Source: Glycera tridactyla
Taxonomy: Eukaryota
Reading direction: 5' to 3'
Assembly: GCA_965644265.1 (NCBI GenBank)
Contig: OZ286470.1
Span: forward strand, 80,290,001 to 80,354,000
DNA length: 64,000 nt
Shown: positions 62,127 through 64,000 of the stretch, in pieces
Layout of the letters: every line of letters begins with the position of its first letter
Numbering within the stretch: the first letter of the stretch is position 1
The notes under the pieces: model-generated
What the model saw: the letters and a program-made list of their open reading frames with translations, nothing else
Told to the model about the DNA's origin: nothing
The model's database searches: none
Program-made: the position numbers and the translations under genes

Positions 62127-62778
62127 CAGGGCTGCCAACCTCCAAAAATCGGTTTCAGTACCCGGAGACCCCATTTTCAGTAACCTGGGCCCATTTTCAG
62201 TAACCAATTTTCAGTAACCTTTTTCAATGTATAGAAGTGGTATTATGACATTAAACTGAATGAAAGTGGCCTATGTAGGAGGGTGGTTTGTGCATGTTTG
62301 ACTATTGGCATTATTTATTCATATTCGTGGATCTTGTCACTTTCTTCAATAGTTCCGATAAATACCGCCGCCGCCACATGTGGTGCTGTAAAACTTGCAA
62401 TTTGCGTGAAACCCTGCCATCTATTGCAAATTTGACGAATTACAATAGTTTCGAATATTTCCGCTACCAACACGGGTGGCGCTGTGCAACTCGCATCTCT
62501 CATGAAACCCCGCCATCTCTCGCTAATTCGCTGAACTGCGATCGGATCACCTCGAAGTCTCACGCGATTCTACCTTCACAACATCGCAAGATGGCGGCGC
62601 CCTCAGATTACGTGTTTTCACGCAATAAAGCCGGATTTTCACACAGTTTTCAACGATTTATCGGGATTTCTAGCCGGCGGATGTCAAAATCGTAACCAGC
62701 GACGGCAAATCGGAATTTGCGGAGTTTGCCGTGAAAATCGTACTAGTTCCGGGAAATGCAGAATACTTGGCAGCCCTG
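62127..62778. mobile_element. 652-bp non-autonomous TIR element with 6-bp TSD
   Basis: Perfect TIR CAGGGCTGCCAA/TTGGCAGCCCTG flanked by TATACC on both sides; diverged ~95-bp internal duplication. Confidence 0.88.
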
Positions 62779-63649
62779 TATACCTGATTAGACAATCTCT
62801 CAACATGCTAATCTATAAAGGGAACCTTGCAACCCCCCCCCCCCCCCCAAACACACACCAGGGATATAATTGGCTCACAACTGAAAACCTAGCTGGAGGT
62901 GCTTTCCACCCAGATATTCTGGATCACCAACAAACCCTGATGATTGCTAACACAATTACAAACTCTGTGTCTTTTATCATCACTAATATTGGTTCAATTT
63001 TCATGATCTAAAAGCCAAAATAATCAGCATGAGATGCTCTTTTCTGACATATGCATGGCTTACTGCATTTATGAGTGAAAACACAGAAATCTGCAGATAC
63101 ACACACACACAAACTGTACAGATTATAATTGATCCAACACAGTCCGTCAATTCTTTCGTGCACTAGTTCTGTCAACAGAAAAAAGGTGATATTTTCCTGG
63201 ATAATTGACAGGGAGCAGGCACTCCGGCCAAGGGAAACGCTCATCAATGAAATCCAGTGATTGACACAAGGAATGTACATGTATTAGGTGCAGCATTTAT
63301 TCAAACAATTGTCCGGTACAAAGTGTCAAAAACGAAAGGGACAATGCTGGAAAAGAGAATGAATGACAGAGATCATATCTGATTTTGGGTTGGTTTGTAC
63401 GTTGGTTGACTGGTTGGTTTACAAGTTGGTTGGTTGGTTGATTGGTTGGGTTTGATGGGATGAATCAACCCAAAGAATCACGCATTCCTGTGTGTTCCTG
63501 GCCCATGAGAGCTGGATGCTCCCACCCTACAGTCCTCACTCTCACAACACAAGATGGAATATACATGTACCTAGGATATGATCCGCCCAACACAATCAAT
63601 AATACAATGTATGGTTCTTACAGTTTTCACAGAAAATAAAATTCATCCA

Positions 63650-63835
63650 CTCTCCCTTCGGCAGAGCGGACTGAAAGAAGCACTCTGCTGAATTTGTACG
63701 AAAAGGAAAACAAGCTCAAACTAGATTATCTTGTTTTTGCCACCCTACTCCCAAATCAATTTCGGCAGAGCAGACTGGAAGAATTGCTCTGCAGAATTCG
63801 TTCAATAAGGAAAACAAGCTCAAACTAGATTATCT
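63650..63835. repeat. ~115-bp direct duplication
   Basis: TTCGGCAGAGC.GACTG.AAGAA...AAGGAAAACAAGCTCAAACTAGATTATCT occurs twice. Confidence 0.8.
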
Positions 63836-64000
63836 GGAGATCAAGACATTTGTTGGAGTAAGTGCCTCATCAAAACATGAATTCATCTGTCATCTGAGTG
63901 ACTAGCTGAGCAACACCAGCTCATTTTTGCCCAGGTTTGTTTTTCAGAATTGAACATGTGCAGCAGGATGCCTTGGTATTGGAACAATATTTTCTGTAGT

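Overview
This is eukaryotic, repeat-rich DNA from an animal, probably a marine invertebrate (inferred from the repeat types, not proven). It has two N gaps and no prokaryotic features. The dominant feature is an apparently intact ~9.7 kb non-LTR retrotransposon (CR1/L2 group, + strand, ~18.4-28.1 kb) with an unusual three-ORF layout. ORF1 (830 aa) is coiled-coil plus an RRM/FP-C-like module. A separate 319 aa SGNH-esterase ORF follows, with an intact Ser/Asp/His triad and a possible GT-AG intron joining it to an upstream AUG. Then come a 2.2 kb AT-rich spacer built from two diverged repeat arrays, and an APE+RT ORF2 that has no in-frame AUG before the endonuclease domain. The rest looks like intronic space of a minus-strand host gene: one well-supported phase 1-1 exon at 15623-15751 and several weaker phase-1 exon candidates. 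It is densely filled with TA-TSD MITE families, CAG-ended elements with 5/6-bp TSDs, hAT and Harbinger MITEs, SINEs, LINE relics, a decayed pogo-like transposase and several multi-level nested insertions. All protein-family assignments come from recognising motifs by eye; no database searches were run.
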